NCBI GenBank assembly: GCA_043799385.1
Contig: JAZDNV010000023.1
Span: forward strand, 1 to 30,274
Direction of reading: 5' to 3'
Source: Candidatus Aenigmatarchaeota archaeon
GTDB taxonomy: Archaea; Aenigmatarchaeota; Aenigmatarchaeia; GW2011-AR5
Length of the DNA stretch: 30,274 nt
Numbering within the stretch: the stretch's first letter is position 1; each line of letters starts with the position of its first letter. The position numbers were made by a program, and so were the translations under genes. Shown in pieces: positions 17,134 to 26,012 of the stretch. The notes under the pieces were generated by a model. The model worked only from the letters and a program-made list of their open reading frames with translations, was not told where the DNA came from and made no database searches.

Positions 17134-17222
17134 GGCTTTGTTTAAAAAGTGGTTCTCGCAACCATCGATGGAAGGCTATCAGCGCTAATCGCAGGCCGAT
17201 AGCCTGGTTTTTAAACAAAGCA
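17134..17222. mobile_element. MITE-like structured repeat, copy 2 (inverted relative to copy 1)
   Basis: Perfect 14-bp inverted ends GCTTTGTTTAAAAA/TTTTTAAACAAAGC; 71/89 identical to copy 1 by manual alignment. Confidence 0.7.
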
Positions 17223-17270
17223 AGGCTAATAAATAATCTTTTAAAACCTAACATCGATTAATGTGATAGT

Positions 17271-17831
17271 ATGTTCAAGATAGCAACAGTAAAAAACGAG
17301 GTCCGTGTGCCGCCAACCAAGTTTGACCTGGATTTAAACAAGGCAGTTATAGAAAGCCTACAGGAAACAATAGAAGGTAAAATGGAGCCTGACATAGGCG
17401 TATTCCTCGCAGTTACAGAGATATTGAGCATCGGCGAGGGAAAAATCGTGCCAGAAGACGGCGCAATATTCTACCCAGTCGAATACAAGATATTGATGTA
17501 CATGCCTGAGCTTAATGAGATAGTAATGGGCGAGGTCGTAGACATAACCGAGTTCGGCGCGTTCACAAGAATCGGCCCATTCGACGCCCTAGTTCACGTA
17601 AGCCAGATAATGGACGATAAAATAAGTTATGATTCAAAGAACGCGGTATTCACAGGAAAGAAAACCAGCTATAAACTAGAGGAAGGAGATATTGTGCGTG
17701 CGAGAATAGTCGGCGTTTCGCTCGGCAAAGGTAGGAACAAGATTTCGCTGACAATGCGCCAGCCAGGTTTGGGCGCGATAGAATGGATTGAAAGGGATAA
17801 AAAGAAGGCTAAGAAGGAAGAGAAGAAGTGA
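17271..17831 (+). CDS. rpoE1: DNA-directed RNA polymerase subunit E' (Rpo7)
   Basis: VRVPP..F, GEG.I...DG, EFGAF..IGP.DALVHVSQI.DD, LTMRQPGLG..EW. Confidence 0.96.
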   Translation: MFKIATVKNEVRVPPTKFDLDLNKAVIESLQETIEGKMEPDIGVFLAVTEILSIGEGKIVPEDGAIFYPVEYKILMYMPELNEIVMGEVVDITEFGAFTRIGPFDALVHVSQIMDDKISYDSKNAVFTGKKTSYKLEEGDIVRARIVGVSLGKGRNKISLTMRQPGLGAIEWIERDKKKAKKEEKK

Positions 17832-17850
17832 TAATCAACAGGTGATAGAT

Positions 17851-18027
17851 ATGCCAAAGTATGCGTGTCGGACATGCAAGAGAATCGTTAAAGGCAAGAT
17901 ATGTAGTGAGTGTAAAGGAGAAGCCACGACCAACTTTCAGGGCGTTGTCGTTATATTAGACGCAGAGTCTGAGATTGCAAAAAAGCTCGGCATAACTGTG
18001 CCAGGAACTTATGCGATAAGGGTGTAA
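17851..18027 (+). CDS. spt4: Transcription elongation factor Spt4 (RpoE'')
   Basis: MPKYACRTC...CSEC...SEIAKKLGITVPGTYAIRV; SD GGTGA; follows rpoE'. Confidence 0.93.
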   Translation: MPKYACRTCKRIVKGKICSECKGEATTNFQGVVVILDAESEIAKKLGITVPGTYAIRV

Positions 18028-18031
18028 TTAT

Positions 18032-18358
18032 ATGAAGATTTCAATCGTTAATGAGAGAAACAACCCGATAATGAAGAGAAACGAATTGGTGGTAGAAATA
18101 GAGCACGCGAGCGAATCAACCCCAGCGAAAGCCGCATTACAGATATTTTTGTCAAAAGAATTGAAAAAAGAGGTCGAGCACATAGACGTGAAGAATATCT
18201 TTTCAAGTCACGGAAAAGCGAAATCAAAATCATCTGTGTTTGTCTGGGAAACGAAAAGGGCCAAGGATTTGAGCAAAGTTGTGAAAGAGGAAACGAAGGA
18301 AGCTGAAGTAGAAAAAAAAGAAGATACACCAAAAACAAAGGAAGATATTAAAGAATAG
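18032..18358 (+). CDS. rps24e: 30S ribosomal protein S24e
   Basis: ER.NP.MKR.E.....H....TP; conserved position in the operon. Confidence 0.85.
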   Translation: MKISIVNERNNPIMKRNELVVEIEHASESTPAKAALQIFLSKELKKEVEHIDVKNIFSSHGKAKSKSSVFVWETKRAKDLSKVVKEETKEAEVEKKEDTPKTKEDIKE

Positions 18359-18369
18359 AAGTGATGATT

Positions 18370-18720
18370 ATGGCAAGAGACGAAAAGAAGGAGAAAAGGG
18401 CGCCAGTGACGCCAGCAGCGCCTGCTCCGACTAAGGCTGCACCTGCAAAAATGCAGGGCAAAGGAAAAGCGGTCGCGCCTGTTGAGGCAGCGCCTGCTCC
18501 AGTGAAAGAGGAGAAGAAAAAAGAGAAGAAATCACAGAAAGAGCGGCCCAAATCGAAGAAGAAGCATACGAAAGTGCAGGTATGGAAGCTCTACGACACG
18601 AAAGAAGGCGTGAAAAGGAAAAGAGAGAATTGTCCGCGATGCGGCGAAGGAACGTTCCTCGCGCAATACAAGAACCGAAAGTATTGCGGCAAGTGCGGCT
18701 GGAGCCAGATAGAAAATTAA
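18370..18720 (+). CDS. rps27ae: 30S ribosomal protein S27ae with a long Pro/Ala/Lys-rich N-terminal extension
   Basis: C-terminal CPRCGEGTFLA....R.YCGKCG; follows rps24e. Start at 18361, 18364 or 18370. Confidence 0.9.
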   Translation: MARDEKKEKRAPVTPAAPAPTKAAPAKMQGKGKAVAPVEAAPAPVKEEKKKEKKSQKERPKSKKKHTKVQVWKLYDTKEGVKRKRENCPRCGEGTFLAQYKNRKYCGKCGWSQIEN

Positions 18721-18750
18721 TTATTAAAATTATAGCGTGCATTTATTTCT

Positions 18751-19431
18751 ATGATAGTCTGCTTTGACTTCGACGATGTCATCTGCGACGGCAATCCTCT
18801 ATATAAAATAGGGAAAGATTTTCCTGACAAATTTTCAGAGCTCGTGGACATAGTCGAGTTTTTAGAAAGCAACAAGAACCCGAAAAAATTTTATTCTGTC
18901 ATAAAAAAAATCATTGCGCTTGGAAAGGGCATAACGTTCAGTGATGTTGAGAATATTGTGTTGTCATTTAATCTGATGGAAGGCGTTGAGGAAACGTTCA
19001 GCGAACTTAAAAAGAGAGGGTATAAAATTGTGATAATCAGCGCAGATGACAAGAACATAATAGAAAATTTCATGAAAAAGCACGATCTGATGAAGTATGT
19101 CGACCACATCTATGCATCGAGACTTGGCGTAGTGAACGGCGAACTGGATGGAACGATAACCGGCGATGTCATCGAAACGGAAAAGACTGGAATAGTCGAC
19201 GTTCTGGAAGAATTGTACGAAATAGAGTTGAAGGACATCTTTTATATCGGCGACGGGTTAACAGATCTGCCGATACTGAAAATCGTTGAAAAAGGAGTTC
19301 TTTTCTGCCCGAACATGCTCACGCAAGCAGAGATTTTTACAGACGACGAGTTGAAAAAGAAGATTGACTGCAAAAATCTGTTCATCGTCGAGAAGAAAGA
19401 TTTGCGAGAAGTCTTGAAATTCATTGATTAA
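18751..19431 (+). CDS. HAD-superfamily phosphatase (SerB-like)
   Basis: FDFDDVI, IISA, K and GDGLTD motifs. Confidence 0.85.
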   Translation: MIVCFDFDDVICDGNPLYKIGKDFPDKFSELVDIVEFLESNKNPKKFYSVIKKIIALGKGITFSDVENIVLSFNLMEGVEETFSELKKRGYKIVIISADDKNIIENFMKKHDLMKYVDHIYASRLGVVNGELDGTITGDVIETEKTGIVDVLEELYEIELKDIFYIGDGLTDLPILKIVEKGVLFCPNMLTQAEIFTDDELKKKIDCKNLFIVEKKDLREVLKFID

Positions 19432-19772
19432 CCGACGTACTGCTCCTGCGGCGCCTGAGGCGTCTGCGTTTTTCCTACCTTTATCCTGAACCTCTTGAAA
19501 TGACTGCGATACTCCTCCCATATTTTTTTTGCAAGTGCTCCTTTCAAGATTTTGACAACGACCAGCTTCGGCACGCTTGTGTTCGTTATAGGACGGTAAT
19601 CGACAAGAACGAGGTCTTTTTTCTTTATGCTCTTTGCGAATTTCGGGTCCACGAGAATCGTTATCAGGTTTTCATCCCACATCCTTAACATGGCTTGCAT
19701 CGTGTTGTCTACGGCTGCAACGTTCTTGTCGCTCGGTGAAATCAATTCAAGCACGATTCCTGGATGGTACAT
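19428..19772 (-). CDS. Hypothetical protein (possible OB-like beta fold)
   Basis: MYHPG.V...MWDEN.......K..D.VLVDY.P; co-oriented with the two upstream genes. Confidence 0.7.
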   Translation of the reverse strand: MYHPGIVLELISPSDKNVAAVDNTMQAMLRMWDENLITILVDPKFAKSIKKKDLVLVDYRPITNTSVPKLVVVKILKGALAKKIWEEYRSHFKRFRIKVGKTQTPQAPQEQYVG

Positions 19773-19797
19773 ATCTGCTCATTGACAACAAATGTTT

Positions 19798-20181
19798 TTA
19801 AATTCGTTTCCTGAAGAACAGCCAGTTATTCTTTCCCTTGAATTTCGTGCTTGGTTTTAATTTCAGCAGAACGTATTCGCCATTCAGCTTCTTGCCGTGA
19901 AGAACAAAAATCAATTCGCTCTTCTTCCTTTCCTTTAGTTCATAACTTCCGCTATCCCAAATCTTGACCGTGCCAGCGCCGTAGGAGCCTTCTGGTATTG
20001 TTCCTTCGAAATTTGCATAGGACAAGTCGTGGTCCTCGACCATTATCGCTAGGCGTTTTATTCCTTTTTCTTTCGGAGGCTCTTTTGGCACTGCCCAGCT
20101 CTTCAGGACGCCGTCTAATTCAATACGAAAGTCCCAGTGCAGCTTCTTTGCCCGATGTATCTGGATAACAAAGTTCGGCAT
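19798..20181 (-). CDS. Stand-alone LigD 3'-phosphoesterase domain protein
   Basis: FVIQ.H.A..LHWDFR.E.DGVLKSWAVPK.P, RLA..VEDH...Y..FEG.IP.G.YGAG.V.IWD.G. Confidence 0.93.
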   Translation of the reverse strand: MPNFVIQIHRAKKLHWDFRIELDGVLKSWAVPKEPPKEKGIKRLAIMVEDHDLSYANFEGTIPEGSYGAGTVKIWDSGSYELKERKKSELIFVLHGKKLNGEYVLLKLKPSTKFKGKNNWLFFRKRI

Positions 20182-20845
20182 AATTATCAGGAGTTATCAC
20201 GTTCAGACGTTTAGATATATGCTTACTTCCAGACCTTATATTAAAAACGTCGCCGCCGTTTAAATCAACGATAATAAGCGAAGATAGTTTTGCATCATAG
20301 AAATCGCCTGGCATGAAGCGTGGGCTCGTATACCGTGTGTCTGTTATTTTCTTTGCAATTTCGAGTTCTTTGGACTCTCTCGAGTGATTCAGGAAAAATG
20401 CAGGCACAGGCGGCTTGTATATTGGCTGCACTGCCAGTGAAAAATACGTAACCATGGGAGAGTACCTGGTTATCTTTGCTATGGTTCTCGCAGCAACCTT
20501 TATATCAAAATCAGATTTATCCCTGGTCTCCACTTCAACGCCGACGCTTTTTGAGCCAGACTTGCCATAAACGTCTATCACCAGTCCGAGCGGATTTGAT
20601 TCCTTGTCAAAACGGTGCTCTACTGATATCTCTTCACAACCCATTCCGAGAAGATGGCTCGAAACCAGCAGTTGCATGCATAAGTGTTCTCCGTGGAGCC
20701 CGTTCCTGTCCATACGGTCTGCTAAAAGTTTATAGATATCTGACAACTCTCCTCGGTTCGGCAGTGAACCGAAAAAACTCTCAAATTTATTCGGCCAGTC
20801 TGTAGTTTCTTCTACGTCTTGTTTATTATATCTATTTCTTGCCAT
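20120..20845 (-). CDS. Hypothetical protein, possible PD-(D/E)XK nuclease fold
   Basis: VEH...VIDVYG......GVEVET pattern. Confidence 0.6.
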   Translation of the reverse strand: MARNRYNKQDVEETTDWPNKFESFFGSLPNRGELSDIYKLLADRMDRNGLHGEHLCMQLLVSSHLLGMGCEEISVEHRFDKESNPLGLVIDVYGKSGSKSVGVEVETRDKSDFDIKVAARTIAKITRYSPMVTYFSLAVQPIYKPPVPAFFLNHSRESKELEIAKKITDTRYTSPRFMPGDFYDAKLSSLIIVDLNGGDVFNIRSGSKHISKRLNVITPDNYAELCYPDTSGKEAALGLSY

Positions 20846-20906
20846 TCAGAATCTTGCTAATAATTAAGCACTGAAATTTTTTATTCTTATACTCCATAAC
20901 TAGCTT

Positions 20907-21881
20907 ATGATATGCCTCGGTATCGAAGGAACAGCGCACACGCTTGGCGTAGGAATTGTGGATGGAAAGAAAATACTGTCCAATGCCAAGGATGTTTACG
21001 TGCCAGCGAAAGGCGGAATCCATCCAATCGAGGCGAAAAATCATCATCATGCTGTAAAAGAAAAGATACTGGAAGAGGCGTTGAGCAAAGCAAATATTTC
21101 CATTGATGACGTCGACTTAATAGCTTATTCTGCTGGACCTGGCCTTCCGCCGTGCCTCAAGGTAGTTGCAGAATTCGCCTCTGAACTTGCAAAGAATACA
21201 AAGAAACCGCTAATCGAAGTCAACCATTGCATCAGCCACATTGAAATAGGAAAATTGATGACAAGCGCTGTGGACCCTATAACTATATATGTATCTGGCG
21301 GCAACACCCAGATAATCGGTTATGCTTCGCAGCGTTACCGCGTCTTCGGCGAGACGCAGGATATATCCATTGGCAATGCTATTGATACTTTTATTCGTGA
21401 AGCGACTGGCAACGCAGGCTCTGGCGGTCCGGTTATGGAACGATTAGCAAAGGGTGGAAAATACATCGAGCTGCCTTACGTAGTTAAGGGCATGGATTTA
21501 TCTTTCTCTGGAATAATGACCGCAGCGCTGCAGAAGCACAAGCAGGGCGCGAAAATTGAGGATTTGTGTTACTCTTTCCAGGAAACGTGCTACTCGATGC
21601 TAACTGAAGTTACTGAAAGAGCGATGGCCCACACGGCGAAAAAAGAATGTTTGCTCACTGGCGGCGTCGCTGCATCGCAACGATTGCAAGAGATGCTGAG
21701 AATAATGTGCGAGGAACGAAACGCAAAATTTTTTGTCTGTCCTCGCGAGTTCGCAGGCGACAACGGCGCGATGATTGCATGGAACGGGTTGCTTGCATAC
21801 AGTCATAGGCAGAAAACGTGCAGTGGCGACTTCCATCAGCGCTGGAGAACGGATGAAGTTGAGATAGAATGGATTAAGTGA
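20907..21881 (+). CDS. kae1: tRNA N6-threonylcarbamoyladenosine transferase Kae1
   Basis: LGIEGTAHT, GPGL.P.L, VNHCISHIE, VSGGNTQ, GETQD, GGV, DNGAMIA. Confidence 0.96.
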   Translation: MICLGIEGTAHTLGVGIVDGKKILSNAKDVYVPAKGGIHPIEAKNHHHAVKEKILEEALSKANISIDDVDLIAYSAGPGLPPCLKVVAEFASELAKNTKKPLIEVNHCISHIEIGKLMTSAVDPITIYVSGGNTQIIGYASQRYRVFGETQDISIGNAIDTFIREATGNAGSGGPVMERLAKGGKYIELPYVVKGMDLSFSGIMTAALQKHKQGAKIEDLCYSFQETCYSMLTEVTERAMAHTAKKECLLTGGVAASQRLQEMLRIMCEERNAKFFVCPREFAGDNGAMIAWNGLLAYSHRQKTCSGDFHQRWRTDEVEIEWIK

Positions 21882-21897
21882 TTGAAAACAGAATTAT

Positions 21898-22290
21898 CTA
21901 TGATTTCTTACCCTTCATCATTAGGTAATCTCCGAATGTCCACACGAGGACTTCTTCGCCTTCGATCAATTGTCCTTTCAACTCGTCTGGAATAGGTACT
22001 TCTCTTATAGAATAATCCTCAGGATTCATCAATTGCACGTTATCGCCGATTATTGCGATTACCTGCATGGCTCTTTTTTCTATTATTGGTACGTCAATTT
22101 TTGAATCAGCAGGCTTGACTATTATGCGTTTCTGGTTGTCAAAAAGGCCGATAGCAGTCAGCCGCGCTTTCGCGCCGCCGTGCTTTCCTGGTTTTGAATG
22201 CTGGACAGTATCGACCTTGCATGGAATTTCATCTATAAGAACGAATCCGCCAGGCTTCAGATTTTTTATTTCAGTGAATCTCTTTTCCAT
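21898..22290 (-). CDS. eif5a: Translation factor aIF5A
   Basis: Hypusine motif SKPGKHGGAK. Confidence 0.96.
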   Translation of the reverse strand: MEKRFTEIKNLKPGGFVLIDEIPCKVDTVQHSKPGKHGGAKARLTAIGLFDNQKRIIVKPADSKIDVPIIEKRAMQVIAIIGDNVQLMNPEDYSIREVPIPDELKGQLIEGEEVLVWTFGDYLMMKGKKS

Positions 22291-22352
22291 ATACGATTAA
22301 CTCTTTTCTTTATCCTATATCGCCAAATATTTAAATAAAACATCTAAAAGAA

Positions 22353-22745
22353 TTACGCGCAGCTCTTTTTTGCATCGTTCGACGGGCCGGTTGCTTTCAC
22401 GTTTTTTCCGCTGCACGATTCTGATAATGTGCACGTTGCCACGCTGCTGGGCGCTATTGTGCCAGAACTCCACGAGCAAGTCGCTGCAGCATCGTTGACG
22501 TATAAACGGATTTCCGTGGCATTTACGACCTGCGAGCCGATGTTCCTTACGACTACGCTGGCAGCAGCGGCATTGTCTATCCATATACCCTTTGAAAACT
22601 TGGCTATCTGCTCCTTCAGTTGCTCCTCGGTCTGCTCGCCTGTTGTTGTAACGCTTCTTTCCATGTACATGAAAACAAACCCTATTAGTGAAATTGTTAT
22701 CAGTAAAAGAAGTATTGTAGCAATAACTGGTGAAACTCCTTTCAT
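22353..22745 (-). CDS. Archaeal type IV pilin-like protein
   Basis: Class III signal peptide MKG/VSPVIATILLL; VRNIG. Confidence 0.88.
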   Translation of the reverse strand: MKGVSPVIATILLLLITISLIGFVFMYMERSVTTTGEQTEEQLKEQIAKFSKGIWIDNAAAASVVVRNIGSQVVNATEIRLYVNDAAATCSWSSGTIAPSSVATCTLSESCSGKNVKATGPSNDAKKSCA

Positions 22746-22746
22746 A

Positions 22747-23397
22747 TCAATAAATATGGTTGGCCTGCTTAAATATTTTATAATAACTGCAAATGCGGCT
22801 TATTGGGCATAAGTTGCAACTCGGCTTCACTGGCTTGCAGAACTCGCGGCCAAACTGGATTAAACCGAGGTTCACGATAAACCGATCCGCTTTTTCCGTT
22901 AATTCTTCCAACTCTTTTCTGACTTCTTCGACGTTTGCTTTTTCATCAATAAGACCGATCCTTTTCGGTATTCGGTTGACGTGTGTATCAACAGCTATTG
23001 TCGGTACGCGATAACCGTAGGACAGGACTATGTCAGCAGTTTTGTAGCCGACGCCAGGCAAAGACAGTAGTTCCTCGCGCTTTTTTGGAACTTTTCCATC
23101 ATATCTTTCTATCAGTATACTGCAGACGACCTTTATCCTTCTGGCCTTCTGTTTATAGAATCCCGAGGAATAAACCAGTTGCTCAAGCTCTTTATTTTTT
23201 AATTTAATGATGTCAGTTGGCGTTTTTGCTCTTCTGAACAAACGTTCTGCGGCGACAGCCGTGTTCTCATCCCTTGTGCGCTGAGATAATATCGTCGAAA
23301 CGAGCAGACGGAACTTGTTTCTAGCAAAATAATTCTCCGTGTTGTAGCGCTTTTTGATGAATTTCAGAAGTATTCTCATCTTTTCTTTCCTGTTCAT
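22747..23397 (-). CDS. nth: Endonuclease III
   Basis: LLVSTILSQ, LPGVGYKTA, VDTHV.R, C-x6-C-x2-C-x5-C Fe-S motif. Confidence 0.95.
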   Translation of the reverse strand: MNRKEKMRILLKFIKKRYNTENYFARNKFRLLVSTILSQRTRDENTAVAAERLFRRAKTPTDIIKLKNKELEQLVYSSGFYKQKARRIKVVCSILIERYDGKVPKKREELLSLPGVGYKTADIVLSYGYRVPTIAVDTHVNRIPKRIGLIDEKANVEEVRKELEELTEKADRFIVNLGLIQFGREFCKPVKPSCNLCPISRICSYYKIFKQANHIY

Positions 23398-23505
23398 GAG
23401 TGAGATTGCTTAAGAAATTATTAAACCATTTATTGTCATGAGCGGTTACTTCCAGGGAAGGTTGTTCTGACTGTAAGTGCAATAGTAATTTGTTTTACTC
23501 TAAGC

Positions 23506-23597
23506 AGCTTTGTTGAAAAAGAAACCTATTGTCTGCCAACAATAGGTTATCCGTTGGTGGACACCAGTCATATGTCCACAACTTTTTCAACAAAGCC
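23506..23597. mobile_element. MITE-like structured repeat, copy 3 (same end type, different interior)
   Basis: Perfect 15-bp inverted ends GCTTTGTTGAAAAAG/CTTTTTCAACAAAGC; flanks ACTCTAAGC/ATTCTAAGA (7/9); internal hairpins AACCTATTGT/ACAATAGGTT and GTGGACA/TGTCCAC. Confidence 0.65.
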
Positions 23598-23642
23598 ATT
23601 CTAAGAGTAAGCTTTATTTACCGATTAATCCATGTTTTTAAT

Positions 23643-25973
23643 ATGAAACGAGTTTTTGTGATGTTTTTACTGCTGGCAACCGTGCAGTTTGCAGTAGCCC
23701 AGTCTTGTGCTGATTCTGACAACGGAAAAGAATATTACACAAAAGGCACTGTAACGTTTGGTGCAACAAGCAAAACCGACCAATGCAACTACTGTACAGG
23801 CGCCTGCATGCCGGGATTACCATGCAACCCCACGTGCGGCGCAGTGGATGAATACTACTGCGAAAACGGCGACATACAATCAACTACATTCTTATGCCCT
23901 AACAACTGCGAAGATGGCGCGTGCATAGAAGAGGTAAAAGAAGAGGTCAAGTGCATATTCACTAACGCAACAGCGGAGCAGAAATGCTATTCCGACAAAG
24001 GGGAGTGCACCGCAAAACTAACGAGATGCATGGAAGGGACGAAGTGCGCTGGAGAAAAGATAAGCTGCTCGGTTGAGATCAAAGGAGCTGAAGGAAGTAA
24101 GATAACATGGAAGAGCACCTGCGGCGGATATGCGTACACGACGATGGATGGTAAGAATGAGTATGCTGAATTCAAATGCCAGGAAGAGTGCAAAGAAGTC
24201 GGGAGTTCATGCTGTTTAGGAAATGTCTGCTCTATATCAGACGCGGTGTGCGCTACTGGAACCACGCCATCCTTTAAAGGCTGCGACGAAAACTGCTTTC
24301 CTAAATGGGTTTGCGAAGAAAATGCGACTGTATGTAAAAGAGGGGGAATAAAAAAATACCAATGCACGGATGGAAGTTATGTAGACTGGTGCGAATGTGC
24401 GAACGGAGAATGGATTTGCGTAAATTCGCCAGAAATCGGGTGTCCTGCTGGCTGCAATGAAAGTCTTGACTGCCCTGTTAAAATGAAATGTGAGAATTCT
24501 GCATGCGTTGATGTCGGCTGCGTAAAAGAGGGTGAAACAACGCCTGGCGCAATCTCTCCTGATTACAGAGACCACATGGCAACTGAATGCTGCAGAAATC
24601 TGAAATCCATAACGTATTCCGGAAGTTATGATAAGGATTGCAACCGTATTGAAATAGCAGGCGGACCGTCTGGAGTCTGCACGAACTGCGGAGACGGCGT
24701 CTGCGGCAAAGGAGAAGACAAATGCAACTGTCCTGCTGACTGCAAAACAACTTCCTGCAAACCGGAATTCAAAATAAAAGATTCCAAGATAGGCTGGTAC
24801 GATTCCTGCACAAACGCCCTGATTAACTATGAGAACCTTGTCTGCACTGCTGAGTGCAAGGCCATCGGTTCGCGAAGCGAAGGCTGGTACAGCTCATGCA
24901 GCGGTTCTCTGATAAAATACGAAAATTGTGGCGGCGATGAAGAAAAAGAGGATCTTTACATAACTTCTCCGAACGGCGGCGAGAGCTGGGAGAATGAAAA
25001 GACGTATGATATAACATGGTATTCCTCAGGCATAGCAACCGATTCTATTAACATTCAGCTCGTGGATTATCGCTATGGCTTCATCGGCAAACCGTGCGTG
25101 TGCAAAGGCTGGGAATGCAAGTGTGAGCATGGTCCTGCTGTCTATCCAATCGCATCAAATGTACTGATAGCTGACAAGAAATATTCATGGACAGTACCAC
25201 CAAAAATCAACCCTGGTAAAAAATACCGGATACGGATAGAGAGTTCTATTTATACTGTAGATGAATTAACGGTTGAAAACGAGTTCTTATTGCCAAAGAA
25301 CCCACCTGACATATACTATTCTGATGAAAGCGACGGATACATCAGCATTGGAGGCTCGTGCCCTAAAAAAGGCAGTGCATGCGGCGGTATTGCAGGAATC
25401 ATCTGCTGTGACGGATTAACATGCAAGTATGAAGGAAACTGGCCTGATGCAGGCGGTGTATGCGTGAAGAAGGATGAAACGTGCGAACAGAAATGCAGAG
25501 CTTCTGGTTATGAATCAGGAAAGTGCCGGACGTGGCCTGTGACGCCAGAAGGTTTGAAAGAGGCTGGCTGCCTTGCAGGTGAGTTAAGCATCGATGAAAC
25601 GTCTGACTGCACGACAAAGATAACAAGTACCGGAATAGAGGAGAGAATTGTCGGCGTAGGCAAAACCTGCTGCTGCATGAGGAAGAGAGTACAGTGTAAA
25701 GACGACAATGACTGCCCGCAGACCGACTGCTCTGCTGGAAAAGACTGCAAGGGTTTGATATCCAGGTGCATGAACAACGAATGTGTCACAAAAGAGCAGC
25801 TATGTAAAATAGATTCTGACTGTCCGCAGATAAAGTGCAGGCCTGGTGAAAAATGCATAGGAATGGAATCGAGATGCGTTGACGGTCTGTGCATCGTGAA
25901 GGAAGGCACCAATAAATCTATTATAGATATAGTATCCGAATTCTTTGGAAGGTTAACCGGAGCCAAAAAGTAA
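23643..25973 (+). CDS. Large secreted Cys-rich modular surface protein (776 aa)
   Basis: Signal peptide MKRVFVMFLLLATVQFAVA; CxDSDxG, CGDGVC...E....CP.DC and ITSPNGGE.W modules; amphipathic C-terminus. Confidence 0.85.
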   Translation: MKRVFVMFLLLATVQFAVAQSCADSDNGKEYYTKGTVTFGATSKTDQCNYCTGACMPGLPCNPTCGAVDEYYCENGDIQSTTFLCPNNCEDGACIEEVKEEVKCIFTNATAEQKCYSDKGECTAKLTRCMEGTKCAGEKISCSVEIKGAEGSKITWKSTCGGYAYTTMDGKNEYAEFKCQEECKEVGSSCCLGNVCSISDAVCATGTTPSFKGCDENCFPKWVCEENATVCKRGGIKKYQCTDGSYVDWCECANGEWICVNSPEIGCPAGCNESLDCPVKMKCENSACVDVGCVKEGETTPGAISPDYRDHMATECCRNLKSITYSGSYDKDCNRIEIAGGPSGVCTNCGDGVCGKGEDKCNCPADCKTTSCKPEFKIKDSKIGWYDSCTNALINYENLVCTAECKAIGSRSEGWYSSCSGSLIKYENCGGDEEKEDLYITSPNGGESWENEKTYDITWYSSGIATDSINIQLVDYRYGFIGKPCVCKGWECKCEHGPAVYPIASNVLIADKKYSWTVPPKINPGKKYRIRIESSIYTVDELTVENEFLLPKNPPDIYYSDESDGYISIGGSCPKKGSACGGIAGIICCDGLTCKYEGNWPDAGGVCVKKDETCEQKCRASGYESGKCRTWPVTPEGLKEAGCLAGELSIDETSDCTTKITSTGIEERIVGVGKTCCCMRKRVQCKDDNDCPQTDCSAGKDCKGLISRCMNNECVTKEQLCKIDSDCPQIKCRPGEKCIGMESRCVDGLCIVKEGTNKSIIDIVSEFFGRLTGAKK

Positions 25974-26012
25974 TTTCCAAGCTATAAAAGTTTTGCTGTA
26001 TTTCAGTTAGAT

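Noticed and set aside
17788..17850. Longer start for spt4
   Set aside because: It overlaps rpoE'; the SD GGTGA and family length support ATG 17851.
23529..23642. N-terminal extension of the 814-aa ORF from TTG at 23529
   Set aside because: It runs through the repeat element; the signal peptide starts at ATG 23643.
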